Shown here: in pieces, positions 19,671-30,120 of the stretch
Layout: every line of letters begins with the position of its first letter
Position numbering within the stretch: the stretch's first letter is position 1
NCBI GenBank assembly: GCA_016844955.1
Contig: JAERTH010000031.1
Location: forward strand, 16,087-80,086
Direction of reading: 5' to 3'
Length of the DNA stretch: 64,000 bases
DNA from: Fidelibacterota bacterium
Lineage (GTDB): Bacteria > Fidelibacterota > UBA8477 > JABMPR01
Made by a program: the position numbers and the translations under genes
Notes under the pieces: model-generated
What the model saw: only the letters and a program-made list of their open reading frames with translations
What the model was told of the DNA's origin: nothing
Database searches by the model: none

Positions 19671-20414
19671 CTAGGGTGTGGCATGTCCCAGTGTTGGTTT
19701 TGAAGCAGCGCTTTTTTTGGGGACCGTTTTGACAATAGGGTTTTTCCCCGGGTCAATATGCTTTACCTGGGATTTATTGATTTTTTTCCGGACAGAGTCA
19801 AACCCTAGAAGCGGAGTGGTTACTATTTTCTTCAATAAAAAATACGCATTAAACCGATGAAAATTCTTCCTCAGGATAACGTCCTTTGAACTCCGGTTGT
19901 TATAAGGCAACAGGATTGATTTCATTTTGGGGACACTTGAAGATTTAATCAAATAGGCAAAGTGCCCCGAGTTGGCTCCTCGCTTAGACCGTGCTCCTGG
20001 TTTACCGATAATTTTGTTTATGGGCTTACAATCCAAACGATGCCATCCAATCCAAAGCATGTCCCAATCATCTGGAAGTGAAGTCTCATCCAGGTTTTCG
20101 AAGACCGATACAAAGTCAGGCTTGATAACCGCATCATCCTCAAAAATAAGTCCAGTGTCACAATCCGGATCATCTGCGATGGTTTCCCAGATGTGCACAT
20201 GACTTAAAAGTGTACCCAGACTGCCAGCCATGGTAAGCTTAAAATCATCTGCAAGATACCCACGTCGCTGATAATCCTCTGTATCCACATCAAGCCCGTA
20301 TATGGCGTTGTATGTTTCAACCTTGAGACCTGCTTGTTCAGCGTTCCTATAGAAATGATCTCGTCGCCTGGGACTCTGTTCCAGACTTATAAGAAAGGCT
20401 TTATCAAACCGCAT
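19671..20414 (-). CDS. Glycosyltransferase family 25 (LgtB/Lex2B-like)
   Basis: ISLEQSPRRR, AIYG, GTLLSH..W and LIFEDDA motifs. ATG 20414 overlaps the RND gene end. Confidence 0.85.
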   Translation of the reverse strand: MRFDKAFLISLEQSPRRRDHFYRNAEQAGLKVETYNAIYGLDVDTEDYQRRGYLADDFKLTMAGSLGTLLSHVHIWETIADDPDCDTGLIFEDDAVIKPDFVSVFENLDETSLPDDWDMLWIGWHRLDCKPINKIIGKPGARSKRGANSGHFAYLIKSSSVPKMKSILLPYNNRSSKDVILRKNFHRFNAYFLLKKIVTTPLLGFDSVRKKINKSQVKHIDPGKNPIVKTVPKKSAASKPTLGHATP

Positions 20415-23400
20415 GTTTTTTCCGTTCTGCTCTGCGGATACCAAAGTCTGCTATAAGGCTATAGAGCGATGGCACCACGAAAAGGGTGAGGAAGGTTGCT
20501 GCTGCCAGACCACCAATGACAGTAATGGCCATGGGGGCACGCATTTCAGCGCCCTCTTTCTGATCCAACACCATGGGTAGCATCCCAAAGATTGTAGTCA
20601 ACGCAGTGATAAGTACGGGTCTGAGGCGTGTTGACCCGGCCTCAATGATTGCTGCGGTGGCTTCAATACCTTTACGCCTGAGTTGATTGATATAATCCAC
20701 CAACACAATGCCGTTATTCACCACGATTCCCGTCAACATGATAAATCCGATGAAGCTGGTGAGGCTGATGGTTACTCCAGCAACCAAAAATCCAAACACC
20801 ACTCCAATCAAAGCCAATGGGATAGTCACCATGATGACCAGAGGATGGATGAGAGATTCAAACTGGGAGGCCATGACCATGAACACCAGTAAAATGGCCA
20901 GAGCCAGAGCTTGTCCAAGTGTAATAAAGGTATCAATCATTTGTTCATATTGACCCCCATATTCCACAAAATACCCATCTGGTACTGTGGCCTGAACGGG
21001 CTTGAGTATTTCAATGATTTCCTTCATCACCGTTCCCAGATCACGGTCGAGAATGTTTGCCGTAACCATCACCATTCGACTCTGGTTGTCACGAATGATC
21101 TTTACCGGTCCTTCTTCTTGTGTGATGGAAGCTACCTGGGCCAATGGAATTTGAGTCTTCATGGGGGTGGTCAGTTTGATCTGGCCAATATCCCGGATTG
21201 AATTGCGTTGTTCCTCCTGGAATTTGATACGAACATTTGTTTCGTCTCCTGCATAGCGGTAACGCGTAGCAACCTGTCCCAGGGTAGAAGATTTAATGGT
21301 GTTGGCGACTTGACCTGAAACCAGGCCGAGACGGTTGATTTCCTCGCGGTTCAGTGAGATGTGATATTCAGGTTTGGCTTCTTCCATTGAAGATTTGATA
21401 TCTTTGACACCTTCCACATTGGCGATGACTGCAGCCACCTCTTTGCTGATCTCTTCCAGAATGAGAAAGTCTTTACCAAAAATCTGAATCTCAACATCAT
21501 TTCCTCCACCACCCATGGCAGAACCAAAATCAATATTATTGATGGTTACATCACGCATGGCAGGAATTTCACCGCGGATCTTTTCCCCCACCTGTGTGGT
21601 AGACAGGCTTCTTTCAGATTTTGGTTTCATGGCCAGCATGATCATGCCTTCATGAGATCCGGAATTGGCCATATCTCCACTCTGGCCACGATCCTCCTCA
21701 TTCACACCATTTGAAACAATGACGGTTTGAATACCATCCTCATGGAGGGCGATCTGTTCAACCTGTCGTACTGCCTGGTCTGTTTCTTCAAGTGCTGAAC
21801 CAACAGGCAGCTTGACTTTCATCATCAGCATGGCTTGATCCATTTCAGGCATAAACTCGGTACCTACCAGAGGGATAAGTGCCATGGAGATGATAAAGAG
21901 TAGCAGTGCTGTACCCAGGGTTTTCCAACGATGGCGGAGTACAACAGTTAAGGCCTTTGTATAGTATGCTCTTAAACGAACAATCCAGGATTGATCGGCT
22001 TTCAGCGTATAGTCCTCTTTGCTGCGAGGCTTGAAAAGAACTGATGCAATCATGGGAACCATAGTCAAAGACACAAAGAGTGAAGCCAGCAAGGAGAATG
22101 AAATGGAGAGTGCTAATCCGCGGACCAGTTGCCCTGCAGTTCCCTGTCCCATGGCCATTGGTAAAAACACAGCCAGGGTTGTCAGGGTAGAGGCGGTGAT
22201 AGCCATACCCACTTCTGAAGCTCCCAGCCTGGCCGCTTCCTTACGACTTTTACCTTCTTCAAGGTGCCGGAAGACATTTTCAATTACCACAATTGCGTTG
22301 TCCACCAACATTCCAATTCCCAGGGCCAACCCTCCCAGGGTTAGCAAATTGAGGGTGTAACCCACAGCATTTAAAGGGATAAAAGTAACAATAATAGAAA
22401 CAGGAATAGCAATCCCTACCGCCAGGGTGGGACGAATATTTCTAAGAAAGAAATAGATCATGAGCATGGCCAGTACACCACCAAGCAAGGCGGTTTGACC
22501 CGTACTGTTGACAGTGAGTTTGACACTGGATGACATATCCATGCCCACATGCATTTCAATGTCCGGAGGAAGGATCCTCTTCAGTTCCTCCAACTCGGCT
22601 TTTACCTGATCTGCAACTTGAACGGTGTTGGCACCAGATTGTTTGGTGACAATCATCATAACACCGGGTTTGGATTGCACCCGCATTTCTGTGCGCAGAT
22701 CAGAAACTGTATCTTTAACTTTGGCTATTTGTCTCAGCTTGATTGGATTACCAGTTGGTGAAGCACCGACCACCAGATCCTCAATTTCAGAGAGTGAGGC
22801 GAACTCAGATCTGGTCCGAATGAGGTAATCCTTGTGGTCTTCGACAATTCGACCTGCTGGCATATTCAAATTCTCAAAGCCAATGATCTGGGCAACTTGG
22901 GCCAGTGTGATTCCTGAAGTTTCCAGGGCATGTTGGTCAATTTCGACCTGAATTTCTCTGACTTCAGGAGACTGAACGATAACTGATGCAACACCTTCGA
23001 TACGTTCCAGACGATACCCGGCTGTTTCATCCATGTATTCGGCCAGCTCGTTGAGCGGTCGATCCTCGCTGGTGACTCCATAGAACAGCAGGGGTAAGGC
23101 GGACATGTCAAATTTCATGACCAGGGGTGTTTGAATCTCATCAGGTAGAAAGTCTGCGAACATAGCGAGCTGGTCGCGAAGGTCCTGAGCTGCAAAATCA
23201 AGGTTGGAGCCATTCTCAAATTCCACGGCAATCATGGACATGCCCTCCACTGTGGTGGAGACAACACCCTTTACACCGGTAACCGAGGAAATGGCCTGCT
23301 CAATGGGTTTGGTTACAATGGATTCAATATCTTCAGGACTGGCGCCACTATATACGGTAACCACAGAAACCATGGGAAATTCCACATCGGGGAGCATATC

Positions 23401-23502
23401 CAGACCCAGCTTGGTGAAGGATATGATACCACCAAGAATCACGATCAACGTGATCATGGTGACCGTGATCTTACGATCGACGGATAGATCAACAATTTTC
23501 AT
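20404..23502 (-). CDS. RND efflux permease (AcrB/AcrD/AcrF family)
   Basis: 1032 aa with RND topology; GMLVDNAIVVIEN and TRLRPVLITALTT motifs. Confidence 0.95.
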   Translation of the reverse strand: MKIVDLSVDRKITVTMITLIVILGGIISFTKLGLDMLPDVEFPMVSVVTVYSGASPEDIESIVTKPIEQAISSVTGVKGVVSTTVEGMSMIAVEFENGSNLDFAAQDLRDQLAMFADFLPDEIQTPLVMKFDMSALPLLFYGVTSEDRPLNELAEYMDETAGYRLERIEGVASVIVQSPEVREIQVEIDQHALETSGITLAQVAQIIGFENLNMPAGRIVEDHKDYLIRTRSEFASLSEIEDLVVGASPTGNPIKLRQIAKVKDTVSDLRTEMRVQSKPGVMMIVTKQSGANTVQVADQVKAELEELKRILPPDIEMHVGMDMSSSVKLTVNSTGQTALLGGVLAMLMIYFFLRNIRPTLAVGIAIPVSIIVTFIPLNAVGYTLNLLTLGGLALGIGMLVDNAIVVIENVFRHLEEGKSRKEAARLGASEVGMAITASTLTTLAVFLPMAMGQGTAGQLVRGLALSISFSLLASLFVSLTMVPMIASVLFKPRSKEDYTLKADQSWIVRLRAYYTKALTVVLRHRWKTLGTALLLFIISMALIPLVGTEFMPEMDQAMLMMKVKLPVGSALEETDQAVRQVEQIALHEDGIQTVIVSNGVNEEDRGQSGDMANSGSHEGMIMLAMKPKSERSLSTTQVGEKIRGEIPAMRDVTINNIDFGSAMGGGGNDVEIQIFGKDFLILEEISKEVAAVIANVEGVKDIKSSMEEAKPEYHISLNREEINRLGLVSGQVANTIKSSTLGQVATRYRYAGDETNVRIKFQEEQRNSIRDIGQIKLTTPMKTQIPLAQVASITQEEGPVKIIRDNQSRMVMVTANILDRDLGTVMKEIIEILKPVQATVPDGYFVEYGGQYEQMIDTFITLGQALALAILLVFMVMASQFESLIHPLVIMVTIPLALIGVVFGFLVAGVTISLTSFIGFIMLTGIVVNNGIVLVDYINQLRRKGIEATAAIIEAGSTRLRPVLITALTTIFGMLPMVLDQKEGAEMRAPMAITVIGGLAAATFLTLFVVPSLYSLIADFGIRRAERKKHAV

Positions 23503-23512
23503 GATGTGCTCC

Positions 23513-24589
23513 TTAGTCCTCTATCTTGATCAGACTGCTGTCTGCTAGAATAAAGGCACCTGATGTGACATAAATTTCATTGTCCATCAAGCCCTCACCG
23601 ATGACGATTTCATCAAGACTTTCCTGTAGCACCTTTACATCACGTTTGTAGGCGAGATTGTCCTCAATTACAAACATGTGTGACTTATCAATCACTGAAT
23701 TTTTAGGCACTACCATGACATTATCAATTTCTTCTATAGCAATATCTACACGACCAAAAGTACCAGCGTGCAACAAGCCTTCTGCGTTGTCGAATTGGCA
23801 TTCAAGAAAAAAGGTTTTTGATAGGGGGTCAGCTGCAACGCCCACCAATGTGACCACACCTGGGATGGGATCATCCAGATAGTCCACAGTCAGGGTAGCA
23901 TTCTGCCCCTTTTTCATAGACATAATCTCCTGAGAGGTGATCTGCAATTCGACTTTGATGCTGGAAACATCTTGAAGTGTGTAGACCGGCATCATGACAG
24001 CCGGGCTGAATAAATCACCACGGTTAAATCCTTTTTGGGTGATCACGCCGGCGAAGGGTGCTCTCAGGGTTGCCTTATGGAGTTGCATTTTGAGTAGATC
24101 AACACCGGCACTGGCTTGATTCATCTGAGCCTGAGCTGCTTCCAGCCCCAACTTCATTTTTTCGAATTGTTGTTGGGATACAGCATTTTCACTATGCAGG
24201 GTTTGAACACGGTCCCAGTTTTTTTGGGCATCAAGGAGGTTTGCCCGGGCTACTGAAAGTCCTGCCTGGGCTTGTTTGTATTGCAGAGACAGGGTGCTGG
24301 TGTCCATTTGCACCAGCCACTGACCTTGATTTACAAAATCGCCAATCTGAACATAAAGCGCTTCAATTTTCCCCGGGATTTCAGGAATTACACGAGAGGT
24401 CTGAATGGCCAGGAGAGACCCATTGTAAGAAAGTGTGCTGAGAAAAGTTTGAGAGTTGGCTGTGGCAACTTCCACGGGGACTGCTTTACGAATCCAATCC
24501 TCTGTGGTATCTGTTGCTTCATCCTTGCTGCAAGTGATGAGGGTGGCCAGTGCCAATGCTAAAATGAGTGTATGTCTAAGTGTTTTCAT
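23513..24589 (-). CDS. RND periplasmic adaptor (MFP), probable lipoprotein
   Basis: LITC lipobox, lipoyl half motifs, coiled coil, LRAPFAGVI. Confidence 0.92.
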   Translation of the reverse strand: MKTLRHTLILALALATLITCSKDEATDTTEDWIRKAVPVEVATANSQTFLSTLSYNGSLLAIQTSRVIPEIPGKIEALYVQIGDFVNQGQWLVQMDTSTLSLQYKQAQAGLSVARANLLDAQKNWDRVQTLHSENAVSQQQFEKMKLGLEAAQAQMNQASAGVDLLKMQLHKATLRAPFAGVITQKGFNRGDLFSPAVMMPVYTLQDVSSIKVELQITSQEIMSMKKGQNATLTVDYLDDPIPGVVTLVGVAADPLSKTFFLECQFDNAEGLLHAGTFGRVDIAIEEIDNVMVVPKNSVIDKSHMFVIEDNLAYKRDVKVLQESLDEIVIGEGLMDNEIYVTSGAFILADSSLIKIED

Positions 24590-25950
24590 TTTCTAGAAGT
24601 TCCTTCATGATAGAGGGACTCGCCGATTGCCTTTTTGATGCTGGCCTCCGCGAGGGTGTAGTTGAATAATGCCTGTAAATAATTGGCCTTGGCCGCAGTC
24701 ATGTTGATTTGAACCTGATTGGCCTGGAGGTTGGTGATGGTGCCTTCACGGTATTGGATTTTTGCCAGGCGGGCAGCTTCTTCAGCTTGACCAACTGTTT
24801 TTTGCTGGGATAAGATGTTTTTCTCTGCTTCCATGAGACGCAGGTATGTTTGCTCTACTTCGAAGAGGATTCCGTCCTTGAGCGCTTCCATTCCGTATTC
24901 AACCTGACGTTGGGCAATTTTAGCTTGACGGATCTTGGAGTAGCGGACGCCGCCATTAAACAAATTGTAGCTTAAGCCCACTGCAAGCATGTTGCTCTTG
25001 TCCCAATCTGATACTTGATCCAGGTCATCTCCAAACTTTGAGTAGGACCAAGAGAGGGCGACCATGGGCAGGAATTCTGACCGGGCCATATTCACACCCA
25101 TTGAGCTCAAGGATTTGCTGATTTCCATCTGGTGCAATTCGGATCGATTTGACAAGGCTTTGACCTTAAGGGTTTCCAGTTCATACGCTCCAGGGTTGTA
25201 GCTCATGACATCTGTGAGGACAATCTCTGTTTCTGAGTCTATCCCCAGCAGCATCCTGATACCTGCCGCCGCCATAGTGACACCATTCTCGGCCTGGGTT
25301 TTTTGAGGAAGCAGATTGGCTGCTTGAACTTCAGCCTGAAGTAGATCAAGTTTAGAAATCATTCCCTGGCCGTAGAGCAATTTTGAAATTTCGTAGAACT
25401 CCTGTGCAGTTTGATAGCCCTCTTCAGCAACGGAGAGGAACTCCTGAGTCACCAGCATTCCCAGATAAGCCTGGATCACATTGAAAGAGAGGTTGTTTTT
25501 CTCTTGTCTGTGCTGGGATTGAATCAAGTTCAACCCTTTGCGGGCCATGAGGGTACCCAATATTACTTTCCCACCGGTGAAGAGGGGCTGCGTGACCTGC
25601 AGATCCATTTGATAATCATTGGTGAAATCCATTTCCATGGTGGGGTTGGACATCAGGTATGTGATTGGGTTGGCCGGATCAGGTACCACACCAGGTACAT
25701 AGAAGAAGTTGTCGATGGGTCTGACAATCTCATCCACGATCTGGCTGCTCTGGATACTGATTGAGGGCAGGGCTGAGCCGATGGCCTGATAAACACTCTG
25801 CTGTGCATCATTCACTTTTTCCTGAGCGATTTTGATGCTGGGATTCCGTTCGAGGGCCAGTTGGATGCTCTGTTCAATAGATAGAGTCTGTTGATTCTCT
25901 GCCAGTGCCAGTAGGGGCAGGAACAGTGAAAATATTATGCTTTTGTGCAT
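24586..25950 (-). CDS. TolC-family outer-membrane channel
   Basis: ALERNP, QPLFTGG and YNLFNGG in a duplicated OEP pattern. Confidence 0.92.
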   Translation of the reverse strand: MHKSIIFSLFLPLLALAENQQTLSIEQSIQLALERNPSIKIAQEKVNDAQQSVYQAIGSALPSISIQSSQIVDEIVRPIDNFFYVPGVVPDPANPITYLMSNPTMEMDFTNDYQMDLQVTQPLFTGGKVILGTLMARKGLNLIQSQHRQEKNNLSFNVIQAYLGMLVTQEFLSVAEEGYQTAQEFYEISKLLYGQGMISKLDLLQAEVQAANLLPQKTQAENGVTMAAAGIRMLLGIDSETEIVLTDVMSYNPGAYELETLKVKALSNRSELHQMEISKSLSSMGVNMARSEFLPMVALSWSYSKFGDDLDQVSDWDKSNMLAVGLSYNLFNGGVRYSKIRQAKIAQRQVEYGMEALKDGILFEVEQTYLRLMEAEKNILSQQKTVGQAEEAARLAKIQYREGTITNLQANQVQINMTAAKANYLQALFNYTLAEASIKKAIGESLYHEGTSRK

Positions 25951-26549
25951 GGGATAACTCCGTGGAGGAAAAGCTGGGTGATTTCCAGCTTTAGTTCTTC
26001 AGGGTTGATGGTTTCAGGTTGGAGCAGCCAGGTGAGCGTGTGAATATTGATAGCCCCCATGATGCTGCGTGCCAGTGTATCCGGTTTTATCGGTGAATCG
26101 TCAGGGAGATGTTTTTGCAGGCTTTGGGTTGTCATCAACACATGATGCTGTTGTTTCTCCAGCAGCCCCTCACGCATTCCGGAATCTGAACCATGCATGA
26201 CCTTACCCTGTTCAGCAACTGCCAACTGAAAAAAGTCATTATTCTCGATAAAAAATTGGAATTGTGCATTGACCAGAGCACCAATTACTTCCTCAATATT
26301 CTGGGCTGTGCTTATGGCTTTCTCGAGGGTGGATGTAAACTTTTCCGCTTTCTCAATAATTACAGAGAAGAAGAGGTCCTCTTTTGATTTAAAGTGGAGG
26401 TAAAGTGTACCTTTGCTCCAGCCGCATTCTTCGGCAACTTTTTCCATGGTGGTTGTATGAAAGCCCTGGCGGGCGAATACTTGTTCAGCTGCTTCAAGAA
26501 TTTCCAGGCGGTGTTGTTCTTTACGTAGTTCTTTTCTATCCATTGTCAT
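25935..26549 (-). CDS. TetR/AcrR-family regulator
   Basis: ILEAAEQVFARQGFHTTTMEKVAEECGWSKGTLYLHFKSKEDLF HTH. Confidence 0.95.
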   Translation of the reverse strand: MTMDRKELRKEQHRLEILEAAEQVFARQGFHTTTMEKVAEECGWSKGTLYLHFKSKEDLFFSVIIEKAEKFTSTLEKAISTAQNIEEVIGALVNAQFQFFIENNDFFQLAVAEQGKVMHGSDSGMREGLLEKQQHHVLMTTQSLQKHLPDDSPIKPDTLARSIMGAINIHTLTWLLQPETINPEELKLEITQLFLHGVIPCTKA

Positions 26550-26567
26550 CTTAAAAAATCAAGCTCC

Positions 26568-26607
26568 TATATTCTGACTGGTCAGGAATATAATGACCGG
26601 TCAGTCA
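26568..26607. promoter_or_regulatory. Tandem TetR operator
   Basis: CTGACTGGTCAG (26574-26585, flanked by TATATT/AATATA) and TGACCGGTCAGTCA (26594-26607), just upstream of tetR. Confidence 0.75.
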
Positions 26608-26742
26608 TAATAAAGTCTTTGTTTCACTTTAGAATACAGATGATCTTAACTGCTCAAGTTTTATTGACAGCTAGATTTGAAGTAGTTCAAGGGCAAATAT
26701 TTCTACAAAAAGAAACCTGAAATAGCAGTAGTGAGGATACAG

Positions 26743-27741
26743 ATGCAGCGTGAAAATTTAAGAACGATTCTTTTTTCCTTGATGATTGTGATGATGAGCA
26801 CCGGCATGCTATTCGCCCAGAATGGTGGTGGTAACAACGGTGGCAACCACAATGGTGGACATGATGGACCTGGCGGTGGCAACTGGGGTCACGGAGACAG
26901 CACCGGACATGGCGATCATGACGGTAACTGGGGTCATGGAGACAGCACCGGTCATGGCGATCATGGCGGTAACTGGGGTCACGGAGACAGCACCGGTCAT
27001 GGCGATCATGACGGCAACAGGGGACATGGAGACAGCACTGGACATGGCAATCATGACGGTCATTGGGGTCATGGCGATCGCCCTGGACATGGCGGTCACT
27101 GGGGTAATGGGGGTAGTCTGAGTCTTGACAGTATATTCGTCAGCGGCCTAGTCTCAACCAGCTTCGACACAATCGTTTTTCAGGGTGGTCATCACTTTCC
27201 GGGTGCACCTGATAGTGGCGAGTATGTTCACACCTCATATTTTCTGGATACTGACGCCAATGATAATCCAGACTATCAACTTATGCACCTCCGCTGGATG
27301 AGTCGAATGGACTCAACATTCATTCTACCACAAGCGGGTGATGCTGTTGAAATAGCCGGTTTGCTAGTTCCCGTAGAAGAAAACCTGGCCAGAATTCTGG
27401 TGCTGGAAATTTCTATCAATGATGATGCAGAAGCATTTGGTGTCCTGGCAACCGCTGATCCAGCCCAGTTGACCAAGAGTCATACACTTCAATCGGTGAG
27501 TTATCCCAATCCCTTTAACCCAAGCGCAACCATTGAATTCACCCTGGCTGAAGCCAATCAGGTCAGCCTCAGAGTCTATGATATCCGTGGGGCTGAAGTT
27601 GCCGTTCTGGCAGATTCACAATTTGGTGGTGGTGTGCACAAACTCAACTTCAATCCTGAGAACTTGAGTGCTGGTACCTATCTGTATGTACTGGAAGCCG
27701 GAAGTCAGCGTGAGGTAAGACGGATTGCTTATCTGAAATAA
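26743..27741 (+). CDS. Secreted His/Gly/Asp-repeat protein with T9SS-type CTD
   Basis: ATG 26743 after GAGGA. Signal peptide, GNWGHGDSTGHGDH repeats, YPNPFNP CTD. Confidence 0.85.
   Translation: MQRENLRTILFSLMIVMMSTGMLFAQNGGGNNGGNHNGGHDGPGGGNWGHGDSTGHGDHDGNWGHGDSTGHGDHGGNWGHGDSTGHGDHDGNRGHGDSTGHGNHDGHWGHGDRPGHGGHWGNGGSLSLDSIFVSGLVSTSFDTIVFQGGHHFPGAPDSGEYVHTSYFLDTDANDNPDYQLMHLRWMSRMDSTFILPQAGDAVEIAGLLVPVEENLARILVLEISINDDAEAFGVLATADPAQLTKSHTLQSVSYPNPFNPSATIEFTLAEANQVSLRVYDIRGAEVAVLADSQFGGGVHKLNFNPENLSAGTYLYVLEAGSQREVRRIAYLK
26878..27093 (+). repeat. Coding tandem repeat, 45-nt unit, 4 full copies plus 1 partial
   Basis: GGYAACTGGGGTCAYGGAGACAGCACCGGWCATGGCGATCATGRC units with mostly synonymous variation. 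Confidence 0.9.
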
Positions 27742-27764
27742 AATTTATCATAGATCAGTATTTT

Positions 27765-27797
27765 AGAGCCTCGGGTCATTACCCGGGGCTCTTTTTT
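27765..27797 (+). terminator. Intrinsic terminator
   Basis: AGAGCCTCGGGT / ACCCGGGGCTCT stem plus T-tract. Confidence 0.85.
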
Positions 27798-28082
27798 ACC
27801 CCATCAATCGACAAAAAATGCAGATCGGTGGTGGGAATCACATTTTTGCATTTGGATTTATTCAAGAATCAATTGATTCGTCGACCAGAGTAGCGGATAC
27901 AGTCCCGAAATTGTACAGTGTATATCAGAAACCGCATAATTTTGGGGCTCAATTAGGCAGCGGAGTTTGTTAAACTTCACTGGCGTCATATAAGTATTGA
28001 GAGCCAACTTGATCAGCTAGGACATTCACCATACTGTTTCCAGTATCAGTACTTCAAGGAGTACTTTCCGGTGGCAGCCCTG

Positions 28083-29669
28083 TTAAGGTGTAAGGTAGAC
28101 AATTTTACCTGAAAAATGTTTCTCCCCGACTTCAACCCTGATGAATAACAATTGGTTCGTCAGGTATGCGTCTCGCGGCAATTCGATGGAAATCGTTTCT
28201 GCACCTGATCGGGTGACCCGTGGCTGAGCAATATTACGACCTCCAATATCATACAGTTCACATGATCCTACGGGCTGATCCCCACTATCTCCCAACACCA
28301 TCTCCAATTGATCCCCGGAGCATGGGTTTGGATATATCAGCTTCGCTTCAATTGTTGGTTCAACCGCTGTAGAAAACAAGCTGGTCAGATCGGGAATTCC
28401 GTAGCCGTAACTGTTGTCAGGGTTTGCCCCTCGATCGCCATACTCGCGAAAGATAGAAATGATTGAATCAGGAGATAGCGTTGGTTGTGCCTGCAAGAGC
28501 AAAGCGGCTAATCCAGCAATCTGGGGCGTAGAGAATGAGGTACCACTGGCAGAGGTAAAGCCACTCATTCCGCTGACCATACGAACCGTGCGCCCCATGG
28601 CTACCACCTCAGGTTTGATTCGATTATCATAGGTTGGACCACGTCCAGAAAAACTATCAATAATTCCATCAGCATTCACTGAGCCTACACTGAGAACATG
28701 TGGACTGTCAGCCGGTGGCCAGACAGACCTGGAACCAGGTCCCTCATTGCCCATGGAGTTGACCACCAGGATTCCGCGCTGAGCAGCAATATTCGCAGCT
28801 TTGCTTATGATGGTGGTAGCCCCATCAAGAGCAGAGGGGGGATAGTCCTCTGAAGGATCATCGTGCTCAAGAAAATAGTTCAGTGAGGATGAAATAATAT
28901 CCACGCCCAACGCATCTGCCCATTCCATGGCTGCGACCCAATTGTCCTCCTCAATGCGGGTTTCACTCCCTTCGTCTTCGGTACGTGCCAGGAGATAATT
29001 AGCACCGTAAGCTGGTCCAATTAGTTCACCGGGTACATACCCGCCTAACACACTCAACACTTTTTCACCATGTCCGAAGCCAACATCTGCATTATTATCC
29101 TGGTCCACAAAGTCATGCTGTCCCACGATACTCACCTGGTCAAATGCAGGATGGGTTGTTTTAAATCCCGTATCGAAAATACCAATTGTTACACCAGATG
29201 CATCATATCCACGATCATGCAAATCAGGGATGTTAAGCATCTGGTTTTGGGTGTATGAATCACCATATGCAAAAGTAGCGCTACGCTTCAATTGGTTTTC
29301 CTGATGTGACTGTTGGTTTGCCCTTAGGACACTTTTTGCCACGGGTTGAATGTTTTTCACCCGGGGTAATTGATAGAGATTCTGAAGCATTTCTGTATTG
29401 TCAACTTCTACACTGGCAGCGTTGAGGTAGACGGATACTTGTCTGACAATAAAACCAGCTCTATGCAACTGCTGGATGTTTTCAGCGGCTACTGCCTGAG
29501 AGCCCGGGGCATTTAAATTTCCTCGCATCATGATTCTCTGCTCTGCTTGCGAACTCAGGGGGATGGCTGGCCGAGGAAGCGAATCATCAAAAAAGACCCA
29601 GTGCGGTTTTTCTCCGAACACAAAAGCGGAAATTAAAAGCAGTGAGAGTAGTTGAGACAAAAGTTGCAT
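28083..29669 (-). CDS. Secreted S8 (subtilisin-like) peptidase with divergent CTD
   Basis: Catalytic triad IFDTG, GHGEKV, SGTSFSTP; YPNP...YDIGGR CTD. Confidence 0.9.
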   Translation of the reverse strand: MQLLSQLLSLLLISAFVFGEKPHWVFFDDSLPRPAIPLSSQAEQRIMMRGNLNAPGSQAVAAENIQQLHRAGFIVRQVSVYLNAASVEVDNTEMLQNLYQLPRVKNIQPVAKSVLRANQQSHQENQLKRSATFAYGDSYTQNQMLNIPDLHDRGYDASGVTIGIFDTGFKTTHPAFDQVSIVGQHDFVDQDNNADVGFGHGEKVLSVLGGYVPGELIGPAYGANYLLARTEDEGSETRIEEDNWVAAMEWADALGVDIISSSLNYFLEHDDPSEDYPPSALDGATTIISKAANIAAQRGILVVNSMGNEGPGSRSVWPPADSPHVLSVGSVNADGIIDSFSGRGPTYDNRIKPEVVAMGRTVRMVSGMSGFTSASGTSFSTPQIAGLAALLLQAQPTLSPDSIISIFREYGDRGANPDNSYGYGIPDLTSLFSTAVEPTIEAKLIYPNPCSGDQLEMVLGDSGDQPVGSCELYDIGGRNIAQPRVTRSGAETISIELPRDAYLTNQLLFIRVEVGEKHFSGKIVYLTP

Positions 29670-29828
29670 GCGGTAAAAGTAGAATAGGATGACGCTTTAT
29701 GAACATAACTTTTTGACTATATCAATCTTGCTATGGGTCGTTAAATCGAATGGAAACCAGAAAGACAAAATGCTTGACCTGGAGGACACTGGTTGCCAGT
29801 TGAATGGCTTGCCTGTTTCAATTGATGT

Positions 29829-29966
29829 CTCCATTATGTGACATTGGCCATAATTATGCCATATTTAGCACACATAATGGAGTGTCTCTTGTTTTTATGG
29901 ATCATATATAAATACATTATAAATAAATATATGCACATGAAAATTTTTGCTGGCACAACCTTTGAC
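29829..29966 (+). promoter_or_regulatory. Possible sigma54-type promoter with upstream inverted repeat
   Basis: TGGCACAACCTTTGAC at 29951 (GG at -24, GA instead of GC at -12), an AT-rich tract, and a 12-bp IR at 29829-29840/29871-29882. Confidence 0.4.
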
Positions 29967-30120
29967 ATATATTAAGGAAAATGTGAGAAGTTTGGTCCTG
30001 CGAATTAAATTGAATCCTGGACTGTTATATCAAGCTTGGGCGAATTTATTCAGGAGTCTCAAGCAAGGGGTAAGGAAAAAAGATCAGTCAACCATGCGTA
30101 ATAACCGAGGAGATTTCACC

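Noticed and set aside
26878..27093. CRISPR-like periodic repeats
   Set aside because: Contiguous 45-nt in-frame coding units with no unique spacers and no cas genes.
29947..30120. N-terminal extension of the large S8 protease
   Set aside because: RBS and signal peptide fit GTG 30121; the extension overlaps the likely promoter.
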